Origin: Wallemia ichthyophaga EXF-994
Taxonomy: Eukaryota; Fungi; Basidiomycota
Length of the DNA: 32,000 bases
Assembly (NCBI RefSeq): GCF_000400465.1
Contig: NW_008806295.1
Coordinates: forward strand, 60,001-92,000
Reading direction: 5' to 3'
The notes below the pieces were generated by a model. It was not told the DNA's origin. It did not search any database and worked only from the letters and a program-made list of their open reading frames with translations. Of the stretch, positions 1 through 11,126 are shown piece by piece (position 1 is the stretch's first letter; every line of letters starts with the position of its first letter). A program made the translations under genes and the position numbers.

Positions 1-1572
1 ACTGACCTCAAGTTGCGCAAAACGATCTCTTTCACTGTCACTGAAGATGTGGCTCGGTATTTGTGCAACGACTATGCACCAATAGAGTGGGTAAATTTGG
101 CTTAGAATTACATTTCTGACAACCATGCCAGATTCTTTGCAGCAGTTAAACCCTCGTTTATGGATGGTCTGCAAAATTCAGACATCTCGAGAGAGCAAGC
201 TAGACTGTCCCCAAAAGTTGGAAGACATTCTAAGAATATGTCAATGTCATCATCTGGTCGCAAATCAGAAGTTGAGTTGCTTCATGAAGAAAAGCACGAC
301 ATCTCAACTTGGCTGCAAGTCCAGGAGTTGGATGCAAGCGGGGAATACAAACCAGTTCAAGTCTCTTCAAACGGATCACTTGATCCTGGTAGCTTCAGTT
401 TGAGACAGGGTCTTCAAAGAAGAATTGTGCTCACTATGAGTCATCAGTCTGGTCGGCAATTGCGTTGGAGGCGTGTGAACAAGCTTTCTTTGGGTGATAT
501 TCGCCTCCTTGATTCTAAAGGTCGTTTGCATGAAAGCTCTTCCAGTGGTGACATAGATATACCACTTCCCAAGCACCAAGAACCACGATACAATGCCGAT
601 GGGTCATCTCATCTTACAGTCACTTGTGGATGGGATTCTGGTAGGCATGACGCCTTATACCTCAATAGAGTTACTGGAAGTGGTCATCGTGTTTTAATGA
701 GACTGAAATGGAGAGTCGATATTGAGAATTGCGAAGAGAGTGCATCATTTGCGATGGATGTGGCAGTCAACATTTACGGCAGAGACAGCAGCGGGCCATC
801 AAAACTCATGTCATTCTTATCTTCAACTAAGTTACTCCATAAAACCAGCTCGCTATTCACCTTGAAAATGAGTCCACACCCATCACGATCGGCCAAGGCG
901 TTGTGGAGAACAGATACCAATGGCAGATACATCAGAGGAGAAGAGAATCTCGGCGGCTGGAAAGTTAGGGGGATATCCCTAGTAGAAGATTTCGATGCTT
1001 TGAAGAAGCGCGAGAAATTGATTGCAGACGTTCAAGCTACAAAATCAGTGATGAACGCCATAGGAAATTCAAAAACAATCAAGAGGACGAATACAGAAGA
1101 TGCTGATAAGCTTGCGAAGAAGGTAGTGCAATGTTGGGAAGAAACAGCAAGAGGACCAACTATCGTCTCAGTGAGCGATCCAATCGGTCTAGAGAATGAA
1201 AATGAACCATTGACACCGCTGGATCTTGGATATACACCAACAGTCACATTGCAACCGCGATCAGATTCAAGATCAAAAGCTGGATATATGTTGCATCTTA
1301 CAGATGCACATAATGACAGCTGGTCTAGACGATTCTTCGTTTTGAAGAGACCTTGGTTGTACATCTATACATCATCGAATGAGTTGGATGAGGTTGGTGT
1401 AGTCAATCTGTCGTCAGTCAAGTTGGAGAGGAGCAAAGAGGTTGAAGAGCTCTTACAAAGAAAAAACACGTTTACAATATACTCACAGTCTAACTCTTAT
1501 ATCCTACAAACAGCCAACGAAAAGGATTTGGATGATTGGTGGCGCAAAATAAACCCATTACAGTTTACTTGA
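1..1572 (+). CDS. unc104: Kinesin-3 (Unc104/KIF1-type) motor, C-terminal part with DUF3694-like region and terminal PH domain; 5'-truncated by window edge; intron 87..131
   Basis: Frame is open from base 1. Splicing a GTGGGT...CAG intron (87..131) gives ...YAPIE/FFAAVKPSF and joins ORF 160..1572. LRQGLQRRIVLTMSH resembles the KIF1 stalk motif. The C-terminal KAGYM...WSRRFFVLKRPWLYIY...DWWRKINP is a PH domain as in kinesin-3. Confidence 0.82.
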
Positions 1573-1866
1573 TTAACACAACGCTTTTTTTTTATCAAAC
1601 AATTTGTTCTTATAATACATCGTTAGATACCATAATAAGAGACTAATTCTGTTTAACTAAATAAATATGAGTAGAGCAAAATTTAAGACAAACCCTAAGC
1701 ACAGAATAGTTCAGATTGTCTAAACAGTATTTAAAGTTATAATGATCGTTTATAAGTTTGACATATACAAAAAAAAGTGAGATATAAATTGTGTATTCCG
1801 AATTTAGACTTAAGCAAATTTTCCGTAATTACTGAAACTCGAGAAAAATTAGAATTATCTGCAACA

Positions 1867-3886
1867 TTAGAAGTGATTTTGTTGGTTGGAAAGGATATTG
1901 ATAAGAGCATCAATATCGATCAATTGGCCACCGCGCTTGTGGGTCTTGATGTTTGAGAGGGCGTCGACGACAGCATCAACATCGATGAGAGAAGGCTGAG
2001 AGCCGCCACGCTTCAAAATGTTGGAGAGAATGTTTGCGCCAAGATCTAAATCAAGGAGGCCACCGCCGTTGTCATCGTTTGATTGCTTGTCGCCCCATTG
2101 GCCACCGCTGCTTCCGCAGTTGTCGCCACAGGATTGATCGTCACCCCATTGACCGCTGTTGTTTTGCTCGTAAGAGCCGCTGTTGTTTTGTTCAGATGAG
2201 CCATCTTTGTTCACTTCGTATGAGCCATTTTGGTTCTGGTCCACAGTGGTCGCCACAGGATTGGTCGTCACCCCATTGGCCACCGTTGTTGTTGGATGAG
2301 TCACCGTTGTTTTCACCCCATGAGCCGCCGTTGTTGTTGTTGGATGAGCCACCGTTGTTTTCACCCCATGAGCCGCCGTTGTTTCCGCCAGATTGGTCAT
2401 CCTTGTTCTCATCACAGTCGGCATCGTCCTTGTTCTTGTCTCCGCCGTTGTTTTCACCCCATTGGCCATCACCGCAGTTGTCACCACAGGATTGATCGTC
2501 ACCCCATTGACCGCTGTTGTTTTGCTCGTAAGAGCCGCTGTTGTTTTGTTCAGATGAGCCATCTTTGTTCACTTCGTATGAGCCATTTTGGTTCTGGTCA
2601 TAAGAGCCATCTTGGTTACCGTTCCATTGGCCGTCTTTGTGTTGCTCGTATGAGCCATCCTTGTGTTGCTCGTATGAAGAATCTTTGTGTTGCTCGTATG
2701 AAGAATCTTGGTGGGTGCTCCATTGACCATCTTGACCACCTTGCTGGTCTTCTGGACAGTCTTCACCGCGCTTGTGGTGGTAACCGTGAGACTTCTCCTT
2801 GTTGGAAAGGATATTGATAAGAGCGTCAATGTCGATCAATCCACCGCTGCGCTTGTGGCCTGAGAGGTTTGAAAGAACGTTGACGAGAGCGTCGATATCA
2901 ATCAAACCGCGCTTGAAGTGACCTTGTTGGTTGGAAAGGATGTTGATAAGGGCGTCAATGTCGATCAACTCCCCACGACGTTAACGAGAGCGTCGATATC
3001 AATAAAACCGCGCTTATGGCTGTTGTTGAGAACGTTGGCGACAACATTGGCGTCGATAAGCTCGCCGCCGCGCTTGTGGTGACCGTGACCATGACCATGA
3101 CTGTTTTTTTCCTCGTTGGAGAGAATGTTGATAAGGGCGTCAATGTCGATCAACTCCCCACCACGCTTGTGGCTCTTGAGATTTGAGAGGAGGTTGACGA
3201 TGAGGTCAATGTCGATCAGAGAGCCGTCACGCTTAAAGTGACTTTGTTGATTGTTGAGAGCATTGATAACTGCATCAATGTCGATCAACTCCCCGCCACG
3301 CTTGTGGCTCTTGAGGTTTGAGAGGAGGTTAATGATGAGGTCAATGTCGATCAGAGAACCACCGCGCTTGTGATGGTTAGTGAGTATGTTTGCGACAACG
3401 TTGGCGTCAATGAGTTTACCATCCTGGTAGTGAGCTTCCTTGTGTTGCCATTGACCACCACGCTTGAAGTGGTGACTTTCCAAGTTTGAGAGCAAGTTGA
3501 CAACAGCGTCGATGTCGATTAATTGGCCATCACCACGTTTGTGTCCTTTGAGGTTTGAAAGGAGGTTGAGGACGAGGTCGATGTCGATAAGAGAACCTCC
3601 ACGCTTGTGGACTTGTTCGTTTGAGAGGGCGTTAACCAAAGCATCGACGTCGATGAGTTCATCATCGGAACGCTTGTGGTAACCGTGATGACTGTGGCTT
3701 TCGTTGGAGAGAATGTTGATGAGTGCGTCAATGTCGATCAATCCACGCTTGTTGGTCTGGCTGATAGCGCTGATGTTCTGTGCAAAAGTTAGACTGTAGT
3801 GACAGCAACTAGATACAACCCACCTCCACTGGAGCAGCGAGAACAGAGGCGCTGAGGGCCATGAGAGCGACGACTGAAAATTTCAT
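1867..3886 (-). CDS. Secreted Kex2-processed repeat protein (KEP): signal peptide plus ~17 KR-delimited LIDIDALINILSN-type peptides and a central G/N/D/Q-rich block; intron 3778..3823; two frameshifts (~2978, ~2242) in this sequence
   Basis: ATG at 3886 gives MKFSVVALMALSASVLAAPVE (signal-peptide-like). A GTGGGT...CAG intron of 46 nt follows, then NISAISQTNKR-GLIDID... in frame with ORF 2965..3741. The same repeat continues in ORFs 2192..2968 and 1867..2562. Almost every repeat ends in (H/F)KR. Confidence 0.85.
2114..2599. repeat. 128-bp near-perfect direct repeat (2114..2241 and 2472..2599) inside the KEP gene
   Basis: The two copies match at offset 358 with one mismatch seen. Both encode DQNQNGSYEVNKDGSSEQNNSGSYEQNNSGQWGDDQSCGDNC. 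Confidence 0.9.
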
Positions 3887-3954
3887 TGTAACGAGTGTTG
3901 TGTTGTGAAAAGGTGAGAGTTTGAGATGGAGAAGAGAGAATAGAATGCGCGTAA

Positions 3955-3960
3955 TTTATA
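3955..3960 (-). promoter_or_regulatory. Putative TATA box of the KEP gene
   Basis: TATAAA on the minus strand ~70 nt upstream of ATG 3886, followed by a pyrimidine-rich (CT) tract. This is typical of strongly expressed fungal genes. Confidence 0.4.
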
Positions 3961-4592
3961 GTCAATGGAAATTCTGCCTGTCACTCATTTTCATTACCGT
4001 TCCTGTGAACGTGAAATGTCTTGACATTGACGTAAATTGACATCTCTTCCGCATAAATGAAAGTCTGTAAAATCATGGAAAGGTCATTACGGCGTATACG
4101 CAGCGTGTATTTATACCTTTGAATCATTGTGAATTCGTTAGGGTGCACCCTCATCCTTGGCCGACTTTAAGGTACGGTGACTGTCCCGAGCCGTCTCAGG
4201 GTGCTTGATAGGATTGATCGGGGGATACCATTGGTTAAATAAGGTGTACGCGTGTTTCATAGTCAATTTAACCACATTCCAGCCATATTGAGAATCTGAT
4301 TAATTTCCGGTAGTATTTCGGATAGCTGACACTCATTCCCGGCAAACCAGCTGACGAAACATGCGTCGTTCTAATCACATATCCGTAGCCATTCCAAGTT
4401 TATTGAGTTGAAGTAGGCATGTGTAGCTTGCTTAGCGGGTGTGGATAGGAGTGTGCCAGTTGAACGATAAGCGTGAATATATACGGCGATTCAATATATA
4501 CCACTAAGCCTCACGGATTTAGACGCGGAGCGTGGCTGGAGTGTACTCCCTCTCCAGCGCTTATTTGCTTCTCAGCTGTGTTCCATCTAGCA

Positions 4593-4624
4593 GCGTCCTC
4601 CAGGCGTCCTCCAGGCGTCCTCAG
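4593..4624. repeat. 11-bp tandem repeat (GCGTCCTCCAG x ~3)
   Basis: Read directly: gcgtcctccag gcgtcctccag gcgtcctcag. Confidence 0.85.
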
Positions 4625-4865
4625 GTAATGCAATAGTCACGTAATTCAATTTGGGCGAGTACTCTATCGTTCCTAAGGCACCTATTGCTGTCAAAGTTGT
4701 GGAAGCGAAGCGAGCAGTGAAATGGGGAACTTTAGTTGCGATGCGGGCAGATGCGGGCGAGTGCCTGTTAGTTCCTGATGAGTAAAATATGAGTAAAATT
4801 AATTCTACAACATTCAAGTCCGTTCTATTCTCAAGCCTAGCAGTTTTACGTGTCTTACAAATCCA

Positions 4866-6416
4866 TCAGCTGTGGCAGGCGCGCTCAATGTCTGCAATCT
4901 CCTTAGGTGCCTCTTGAGTGAGCACTAGTGGATCATTCTTCCCGACAAGGACATCATCCTCAACTCTAACGCCGAGATTATGGAACCACTTGGGGAATCG
5001 TTCATTTGGGAAGACATAGCAACCTGGCTCAATAGTGATTACGTTACCGTCTACCAGCTTCTGAGAGCGATCGAACGACGGTGTATCGTGCAAGTCCATG
5101 CCTAGTGGATGACTAATGTAGTGTGGATATAGGATACGTTCTAGGTCGCCAAAGCGTAGATTGTTGAAGCCAATCTGCTTCAATTCGATGCCCAATAATC
5201 TCACGCTTTCTCTGTGAATATTGTTCAACGACACCCCCGAGTCTTCCGTACACAATTTGATGCATTGCTTCTCGACATTGAGAACAGCCTGATAGAGGTC
5301 GCGTTGAGGCTGAGAGAAGGTGCCATTAACGGGCCAAGTGCGAGTGATATCGCTGCAATAGCCATGCAACTCACACCCGGCGTCCATCAGCATCATGTCG
5401 TCTTTATCAATGAGCATAGTGTTAGCAGTGTAGTGCACAGCGAGGCCGTTCGCGCCTGATGCGACAACGGGGACGTAAGCCTGACGCTGCGAGCCAGCCA
5501 TTGCGCAGTGGTATTCGAACCTTGCGGCCACCTGATGCTCTGAGAGACCAGCGTGAGTGTTCTTCATCGCATCTCTGAACCCTAACCCGGCAATGCGACC
5601 ACTGGAGCGCATCAGCGCGCGTTCAGCAGGACTCTTACGCGAGCGCATTTTCTCCACTAACGGACCGAGCGGGCGGACGTTGGGAAGACCGAGAGTAGCG
5701 AGCACAGAATCACCCTCGCTGGTCGTCTGCCCGCGTATCGCACTGCTAAGGTAGTCGACGAGTGCCTTGGCGGGGTTGCTGCTGCTGCTTCCACTGCTGC
5801 CACTAGATGCGCCCCGCTTTCTCGGCCTATCTGTGAGACGTGGGTGGGATGCGTATACCGTCTTGTGTGCGCGCAGTGTGTTTTTCAGATACGCAGCTAG
5901 ACTGGCTGCAGGTTTTGACTATGTGGAGGAGTTTAGAGTGAGACTTACGCGTTTTATAGACATTCTCACCTCATCTGCTTTGAATATACTCATTGCAGCT
6001 TCCTGTCCTGTGCGCGCACCATCCCATAGCTCGATGTGGGGGTCCTTGGGGCGGACAAAGAGGACCATTTTGTAGCCACGTGGAGTGCTGTCATCGCGCT
6101 CGAGAACTACAGCGGAATCAGGCTCCTGGAAGCCTGTCAAATAGTTGAAATCTGTTGCTTGTCTGAACGAGTAGAAGATCTGCTGGGACATCATCTTCAC
6201 GTGTCCAGAGACGCACACAACCGAATCCCCTGGATTGAGCTGGGACATGAGATTTTTGCGTCGCTGCTCGTATTCGTGCGTCGAAATTCCAGGCGTTAGG
6301 TCTGTCTCGCTCATCATATAGCCATGCGTAGACGCCACAGGCTGGCCATAGTTGGCTGGCTTAGAGAGCAGCTTCGAGGTATTTTGGATGGATCGTTTGA
6401 GCGTCTGGTTGAGCAT
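4866..6416 (-). CDS. ICP55: Mitochondrial Xaa-Pro aminopeptidase family peptidase (intermediate cleaving peptidase 55, M24B); intron 5919..5969
   Basis: MLNQTLKRSIQNTSKLL is presequence-like. The AMP_N region shows YEQRRKNLM and FRQATDFNYLTGFQEPDSAVVL. The intron GTGAGA...TAG joins ORF 4866..5705, which has the M24 motifs DAGCELHGYCSDITRTWP, HYISHPLGMDLHD, TIEPG and GVRVEDDVLV. Confidence 0.9.
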
Positions 6417-6765
6417 CGTATTCGCCACGCGATGGCTGTTTGCGTTGGAAGCAGGCGTCTTCTCTCTTGGCAGATTTCGACCTTTTTGGATTTTTAAAAA
6501 CTGCTTTACACAGCTGGCATGGGTTTGTGTCACTAAGTTCAATTTCAGCCATTTAGACCCGCAAACAACGGGCGGCGTATCCGAGAATGGCTTGCGTGAT
6601 CTCTGCAGGAGCCAGTTGAGGTAATATAAAATTTCCATAGCATCCTCCCAATGAATTCAACTACCCACAAAATTAAATAAAAAATCTGATTTTTATCGGC
6701 CGTTGATCAGATTATCGAGATAATCAGATCTGACTTGTTTTCTTTATTCTCTACGACGAGCAGCG

Positions 6766-7998
6766 ATGGCAACAACCGGAGAAATAAAGCTGAGCGACAC
6801 AGCGAGTATTCGAGTGGAAGCGACTGATGAGGCGCTTGCTATCCACACCGACGCAGCAACGCACCACATACACACACTTACCCACAAAACTACGCCAATT
6901 TCTCCATTCTCCATCCTCAATGATGAAAGAATAGCGCGCGATAAAATATATGTGTTACCAGCGTTGCCAGAAGCGGACAATCTCACGCTCTGGGCGATAC
7001 TCCGCGCGATGTGGCATGTCTTCTCGCGCCGGGAGTATATAGCGATCGAGCGACCCAGCGCGCCGATTCACACCTATCTAACGCAGACAGGGCTAGGATT
7101 TGGCAGTCCCGTAGACGAAGCGGTTGTCATTCTCGCGCGCGAGTCTTTCTGGCAGGGTGCGGGTGCACCTGAGACCTACGACTGGTTGCGCCGGGAGAAT
7201 GACAGCAGCACTCCCAACGCTCCCAGCAGACACGTATTTCCGCAGATACAATCGTTTACGAAGAACGAGCTCGTCGCAACGGTGCATCCTCTCCGCCCGC
7301 CCAAGCCGACACCAGGGAGTGTGTTCTACACCCGCTACGTACCTGCTATAGGACAAACAATCTCGTTTGTGCATATGGACGGCTCAAACGCGACCCATTT
7401 CGAACATTACAAGAGATGGCAGAATAGCGACCGTGTTAACACGGGGTGGCGGGAGAGAGGGAGTGATGAGAAACACCACAAGTACATCGCAGATAGACTC
7501 GCCGATAAGCATATGATGGGCTTCCTTTTCGCCTGGGATGGTAACCTCGCCGGGTATGGCGAGCTGGCGTGGGTGATGGAGGACCCTATCAACGTCTACT
7601 GCGGAGGTATGCTTCCATTCGATCAGGGCATTCACCTTCTCGTCGGTGAAGAACATTTCAGAGGCAAGGAGAGATGTGAGTTGGTGAAAGTTTTCGTATG
7701 GACTCACACTCACACTCTCACTCTCACTCAGTTATCGCTACCGTCACTAGCATGATGCATTGCTGCTTCTTGCGTGAGCCGCGCACGCAGAACGTTGTCG
7801 TTGAGCCCAGAGCAGACCTCGGACTCGTGCCGCGCTTGGCTAGCTTGCTGCCGATTGAGATGAATAGAGTGGGTGAAATGCGTGCTATGAATCCCTGCTA
7901 ATCATAATACCACGCAGGAGTTCGAATTCCCCCACAAACGCGCTGTCTTCTTTAGACAACACCGCCAACGTTTCTTCCAGGCTGCTTCGCTGGAGTGA
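6766..7998 (+). CDS. GNAT acyltransferase, siderophore-biosynthesis type (IucB/AlcB; SidL/SidF-like hydroxyornithine/lysine N-acyltransferase); introns 7676..7731 and 7869..7917
   Basis: ORF 6766..7755 contains RWQNSDRVNTGW, GYGELAW and FDQGIHLLVGEEHFRG. Spliced exons add HCCFLREPRTQNVVVEPRAD and EFEFPHKRA, which are hallmark motifs of this family. Stop at 7996..7998. Confidence 0.8.
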
Positions 7999-8045
7999 TG
8001 CAGTAATGGGTAATTAGGATAAGTATGGATAAAAACACATGCATC

Positions 8046-8073
8046 GTATAGTATAGTATAGTATAGTATAGTA
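8046..8073. repeat. (GTATA)n microsatellite, ~5.5 copies, between convergent genes
   Basis: Read directly at 8046..8073. Confidence 0.9.
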
Positions 8074-8138
8074 CTCTATGAAATGAGACAGTGAAACAGT
8101 GAAAGGATGACAGCATCGCAAACATGAAACACTCCACC

Positions 8139-9912
8139 CTACACACCCAAACTTCGTTTAGCGTTCTCGTAACAAAGGTAAGATATGGACACTGCAGGAA
8201 CAACTTTGGCGAGTGTGGGGATGAGGCCGCGATAGAAACCTCTAAGCCCCTCATTGGAGTAAGTCTTGTTGAGCACATCGACAAAACCAGTGTAAGATTG
8301 AGGATGGGCGGGTGTACCACTAGCCTGAAGGCGAGTGCGTAGGAGATTGAGTGGATAAACGGATGTAGCGCCGATAGAGCCTGATACACTCCCGCACGCC
8401 AATAGTTCAATGTTGGAGGGATCCTCTCCCTCGTGGTATCGCATAGAGGCTATTTTGAGAGCTTCGAAGGTGGACATATCGATTGCTGGTGAGTTGTTAG
8501 CGGTGATCGTAACATTAATATTGCTACACACCACTATACGGAAATACACCACAGAGTCCGGCTGGCAAACCTCTGTAGAAGGCACGTCGTCCTGCTTTTT
8601 GGTATATGTCACGCGCTGTTTGCAGGACTGTTGTTTTGGAAGTGTGCGACGCTGTGCTCATCATGCGCGTCTTGACCGTCTCCACGGGGTAGATGACGAA
8701 TTGAGATGTAATACCGCCTAATCCACCAGCTATGAAGCGCGATGTACCACTTATGTCGGTCTGGTCAGCCACTTTATCCCAATGTTTGGCAAAAATCCTC
8801 TTGGCAGTCTCATATGAGAGGAATTTGATGGCAGATTCGGGGAATATTTTGACTATGTTGAGACCATTTCCCACCCAGAAAGCCGTCAAACCCCCACCTT
8901 GGATGTAAATTTTGTGCATTGCACTGGATAAGGCGGAGAGACCGCTCATGTTGGTCTTTTTAGTGGTAGTTATCAAATACACTTTGAGTCTGTCGAACGG
9001 GGCGGTAGATGTGCGACTGACAGCGCCAGCTATACCACCTGCGAGAAGAAACCTGAGAGCCTGACTACCTCGGAGGAGACCGGTGGTGCAATTGTCGATA
9101 TCATTGTCACTGTCGTTGTCGTCTGGTTGTTGATCGTATTCTATGTGTTTGATGTGTTTATCTTGGCGGTGATCGACGTTTGGGGAGATTGACCTTGCGG
9201 TTAGCTTAGTTTTCGGTTTAGATCGACTTGTAGATTCGTCGGCGGTGAGAATGACGTCAGCGTCGGAGGTGAGTTGGGAAGCGCCTCTGGATTGATTTTT
9301 GACGGTGTAGTATCTATAGATTTCAGTAATGTGGGGGTGCCTCGGGAGGAGAAGTAGGTAATCTCTAAAGTCAGCGAATTCGATGACGCCAGAGTTGTTT
9401 TGATCGAGGGTGTTAAAGAACTTGGTAAAATTTTCATCATCAAGGTGAATATCAGCTTTTTTGAGAGCTTGTCTAAGATCTAGTTTGTCTAGTTTCATAT
9501 CGTTATTTGAGTCAAGTTGCTTGTAAATGTTCCACAATTCGAATTCCTTGTTGAAGGTGTATTCACAGAAATCCTGCCATGATTTGTTGGAGTTGAGGAG
9601 TTCATAGTCGTAGTTAGAATGGATTTTAATAGATTTGTTTGTAGGGAGGCTATTCCAAACCTTTTTAAGCCTATCCCTGCGAGCAGTAGCGCCTTCTATT
9701 CGCCTATAGTCAGCGAGGGAAGGGGGAGTTGAGCTGTTAGACCTTCTAAGCTCAGGATCCTTCCAGTTGAAAGTACCACAGTTTCTGTCACCCCAGCCAC
9801 CCCTCCAAGTACCATCAAGTGTACCATAAAATCTATCTGCAGCGTTTATAGTGTGAACTGGGGAGTAGGAGGGGAATGGCGGTGGTGGGATTTGATAATA
9901 GAAATCCGACAT
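8139..9912 (-). CDS. SAL1: Calcium-binding mitochondrial carrier (SCaMC/Sal1-type ATP-Mg/Pi carrier); intron 8486..8531
   Basis: EF-hand loops (LDSNNDMKLDKLDL, LDQNNSGVIEFADF) precede carrier repeats (TAPFDRLKV, IYPVETVKTR, VYPLNLLRTRLQA). The intron joins FPYS/AIDMSTFE across ORFs 8524..9912 and 8139..8612. Confidence 0.9.
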
Positions 9913-9992
9913 TTGATTAGTAAATTATAATGAAATCTATTTATTTATAGTGAATTGTTGGTTGATGGATGGGTTGAAAGAGACCGCCCATC

Positions 9993-11050
9993 ATGTCAAC
10001 CGGGTTAGTATTGGACTAGTAATAAATCCTAATAATCCTTATAAAACTTATAGTCAAACTGAGCAGAGTAATAAGGGTACAGATGTTAGATCTTTGATTG
10101 ATGCTGTTGGAAATGCAGGCGTGGATATTGAAGTCAGTGGGCTTGTAAAATTCAAGTGTTTAGACTAACAACTGGGACAGGCTGAGCACGAAGCTATCCT
10201 CCAATCAAATGATATTCTACAATCCAGATATGGCTTACCCACCAGGCACAACAGATCACGTACTCAAGACTTTCTCAACAACTCCATCCTCAGGGATAAA
10301 ATTAGAGCAGCTGCCGCTCCACACCAGTTGCAACGCGTCGACGAGGATTGCTTGCAGTTTCTAGCCCTAGCAACCCAAGCACGCTTGAGGCACTTAATTG
10401 AACTTATGATCCAAGCCAATCACCATCGCAGTGCATCATCACATGTAAACGCACCTACAATTATACACGGTGATCCTCTATACTCCCAGTCTATTCGCAC
10501 TGACACGGATAAACAACTTCAAGCCCTCGAGAAGATTGAAAGGGAGGATGAGACAAAGGCTAGACGTGAGCGTGTCGAGCGTATCACGGTAGAAAGAGAA
10601 GAAAAACAATTCCTTCAATCTCAACAACAACAACAACAACTCGTCGAAGAAGACGACCAGAAGAAAAAAAAGAGGAAAAAAGATATGTCTACAGCCAAGA
10701 ACATGTCCGATGACGTACAGAAGAAGTTATCTGACCAGACTGCTTTAAGGAGTGCTGGTTTGGCTCCCAAGTACAGCTGGCTCACTGGTGGTGCTGTTCC
10801 TTCCCCCCGGTCCTCATCGAACCTCCCAAAACCAAAATTTCAGCCACAACAAAGTAATTTAAATATAAAGACATCACAGCAGAAAACTCTTGGTCCACCG
10901 CCACACGATGCACACCTCGAAAGTGGCACAATCAACTTGAATGACGCTCTATTCGCGTTGGAGAGGGAGCGAGGTATGGGCGCTGGACGTGGGTCAGGCC
11001 AGATGACGGCGTGGAAGAGGTACATAACCTCTGCGCCTGAGGAGTATTAA
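9993..11050 (+). CDS. TAF4: TFIID subunit TAF4 family; introns 10004..10053 (probable) and 10133..10180; alternative start at 9965 possible
   Basis: LIDAVGNAGVDIE/AEHEAI matches the TAF4 'DAL..AGVDL.EE' region. The histone-fold segment reads DCLQFLALATQARLRHLIE. ANxTAL-like DQTALRSAG...KYSWL and the C-terminal INLNDALFALERE also fit. Confidence 0.8.
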
Positions 11051-11126
11051 CGGTTTAATTGATATTGTAATTTTATTTATTCTAATAATTCAAGTGTTGT
11101 TGCTGCTGGCTTGCTGCTAGGATCCC

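Noticed and set aside
2034-2829. Plus-strand ORFs (2034..2495, 2230..2817) and the T/V/N-rich upper part of ORF 1867..2562 and ORF 2569..2829
   Set aside because: These are shadow or alternative frames of a 3n-periodic repeat gene, and repetitive low-complexity DNA naturally lacks stops.
2236-2979. A single large intron (GTCGTG...CAG) that would bypass both frameshifts in frame
   Set aside because: The donor is a poor match to those used elsewhere here, and it would delete clearly coding repeats. It is not supported without RNA data.
4587-4817. 76-aa minus-strand ORF upstream of the KEP
   Set aside because: No recognisable motif, and it overlaps a short tandem repeat. It is probably non-coding.
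1867-7998. Idea that the KEP, the Xaa-Pro peptidase and the acyltransferase form a RiPP biosynthetic cluster
   Set aside because: The peptidase is a typical mitochondrial Icp55 ortholog and the GNAT is siderophore-type. No DUF3328/UstYa oxidase, tyrosinase or transporter is visible in the window.
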